Part shown: positions 63,448-64,000 of the stretch, piece after piece
Layout: every line of letters starts with the position of its first letter
How positions within the stretch are numbered: position 1 is the first letter of the stretch
NCBI GenBank assembly: GCA_016808295.1
Contig: SEOL01000005.1
Location: 10,357-74,356 of the forward strand
Length of the DNA: 64,000 bases
Direction of reading: 5' to 3'
From: Candidatus Liberibacter ctenarytainae
GTDB taxonomy: Bacteria > Pseudomonadota > Alphaproteobacteria > Rhizobiales > Rhizobiaceae
Translations under genes and position numbers: made by a program
The notes under the pieces: generated by a model
Told to the model about the DNA's origin: nothing
The model's database searches: none
What the model saw: only the letters and a program-made list of their open reading frames with translations

Positions 63448-64000
63448 ATGCCATTGGCTAAAAAATTAACACCAAAAGAAAAGATCTTGTCTGTTCAAAA
63501 CCTGTCAGTTCACTTCAGAAAACACAAGATACTAAATAATATCAATCTAGATATATTTCGTGGGGAAATAGTAGGAATTATCGGTCCATCTGGCGTGGGA
63601 AAATCAATGTTGATGCGTGCGATTCTAGGAATTATACCACTAATTTCGGGAGATATTCAATATTTTATAAAAGATTCTATTGTTCCTCACAGTAATAACA
63701 ATATTCTTCTTGGAACTAAATTAGGAGTTCTTTTTCAACATAGTGCGTTATTTTCATCTATGACCGTCAAAGAAAATATTGAGATTCCCATTCGCGAACA
63801 TTTTAATCTTCCCGATTATCTGATCAATGATATTGTTCATACTAAAATCTCTATGGTAGGTCTGCCTTCCGAAGTTACTCATTTTTTCCCGTTTCAACTC
63901 TCAGGAGGAATGGCTAAACGCGTTTCCCTAGCACGATCATTAGCCATTGATCCTGACCTTATTTTCCTCGATGAACCCACTTCTGGACTGGATCCTATAG
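63448..64000 (+). CDS. MlaF-like ABC transporter ATP-binding protein (5' part; runs off the window end)
   Basis: ATG 63448 gives MPLAKKLTPKEKILSVQNLSVHF...GPSGVGKSM (Walker A) ...LSGGMAKRVSLARS (signature) ...FLDEPTSGLDP (Walker B). The frame is open to position 64000. Confidence 0.85.
   Translation, partial: MPLAKKLTPKEKILSVQNLSVHFRKHKILNNINLDIFRGEIVGIIGPSGVGKSMLMRAILGIIPLISGDIQYFIKDSIVPHSNNNILLGTKLGVLFQHSALFSSMTVKENIEIPIREHFNLPDYLINDIVHTKISMVGLPSEVTHFFPFQLSGGMAKRVSLARSLAIDPDLIFLDEPTSGLDPI

Overview
The window is an AT-rich (about 35% GC by eye), gene-dense core chromosomal segment from a reduced-genome alphaproteobacterium. Gene order is classic Rhizobiales synteny: lysC/ubiG divergent pair, then lolD-lolE-proS-rnj-birA downstream of a complete 14-gene nuoA-N operon. 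The divergent housekeeping proteins (for example GroEL) and the long ORF-free spacers are most consistent with a Candidatus Liberibacter-like organism; this is inference, and I cannot assign a species.

Contents:
- nuoA-N (7.5-22.1 kb, minus strand) and groES-groEL.
- Four single tRNA genes (Asp-GTC, Val-TAC, Lys-CTT, Gln-TTG), all with encoded CCA.
- Housekeeping genes: ribF, pcs, parE, pth, ychF, PPi-PFK, uvrD, cspA, thrS, nadE, malic enzyme.
- The start of an mla-like ABC operon.

I found no CRISPR array, IS or transposase, integrase, rRNA, or recognisable multi-gene defence or secretion system.

The less ordinary items are:
1. An orphan GH24 lysozyme with a Glu-x8-Cys-x5-Thr active-site pattern. 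It is divergently paired with a 77-aa secreted coiled-coil protein whose 3' end is a 21-bp x3 tandem repeat.
2. A 754-aa protein built from six DUF1217-like modules.
3. An orphan TadG-like membrane protein.
4. A groESL promoter followed by a CIRCE-like inverted repeat with an 18-nt rather than 9-nt spacer.
5. A perfect in-frame 15-bp tandem duplication in the uvrD 5' end.
6. A half-length AsmA-like gene and a PTA-domain-less malic enzyme.

None of these amounts to a demonstrable novel system from sequence alone.
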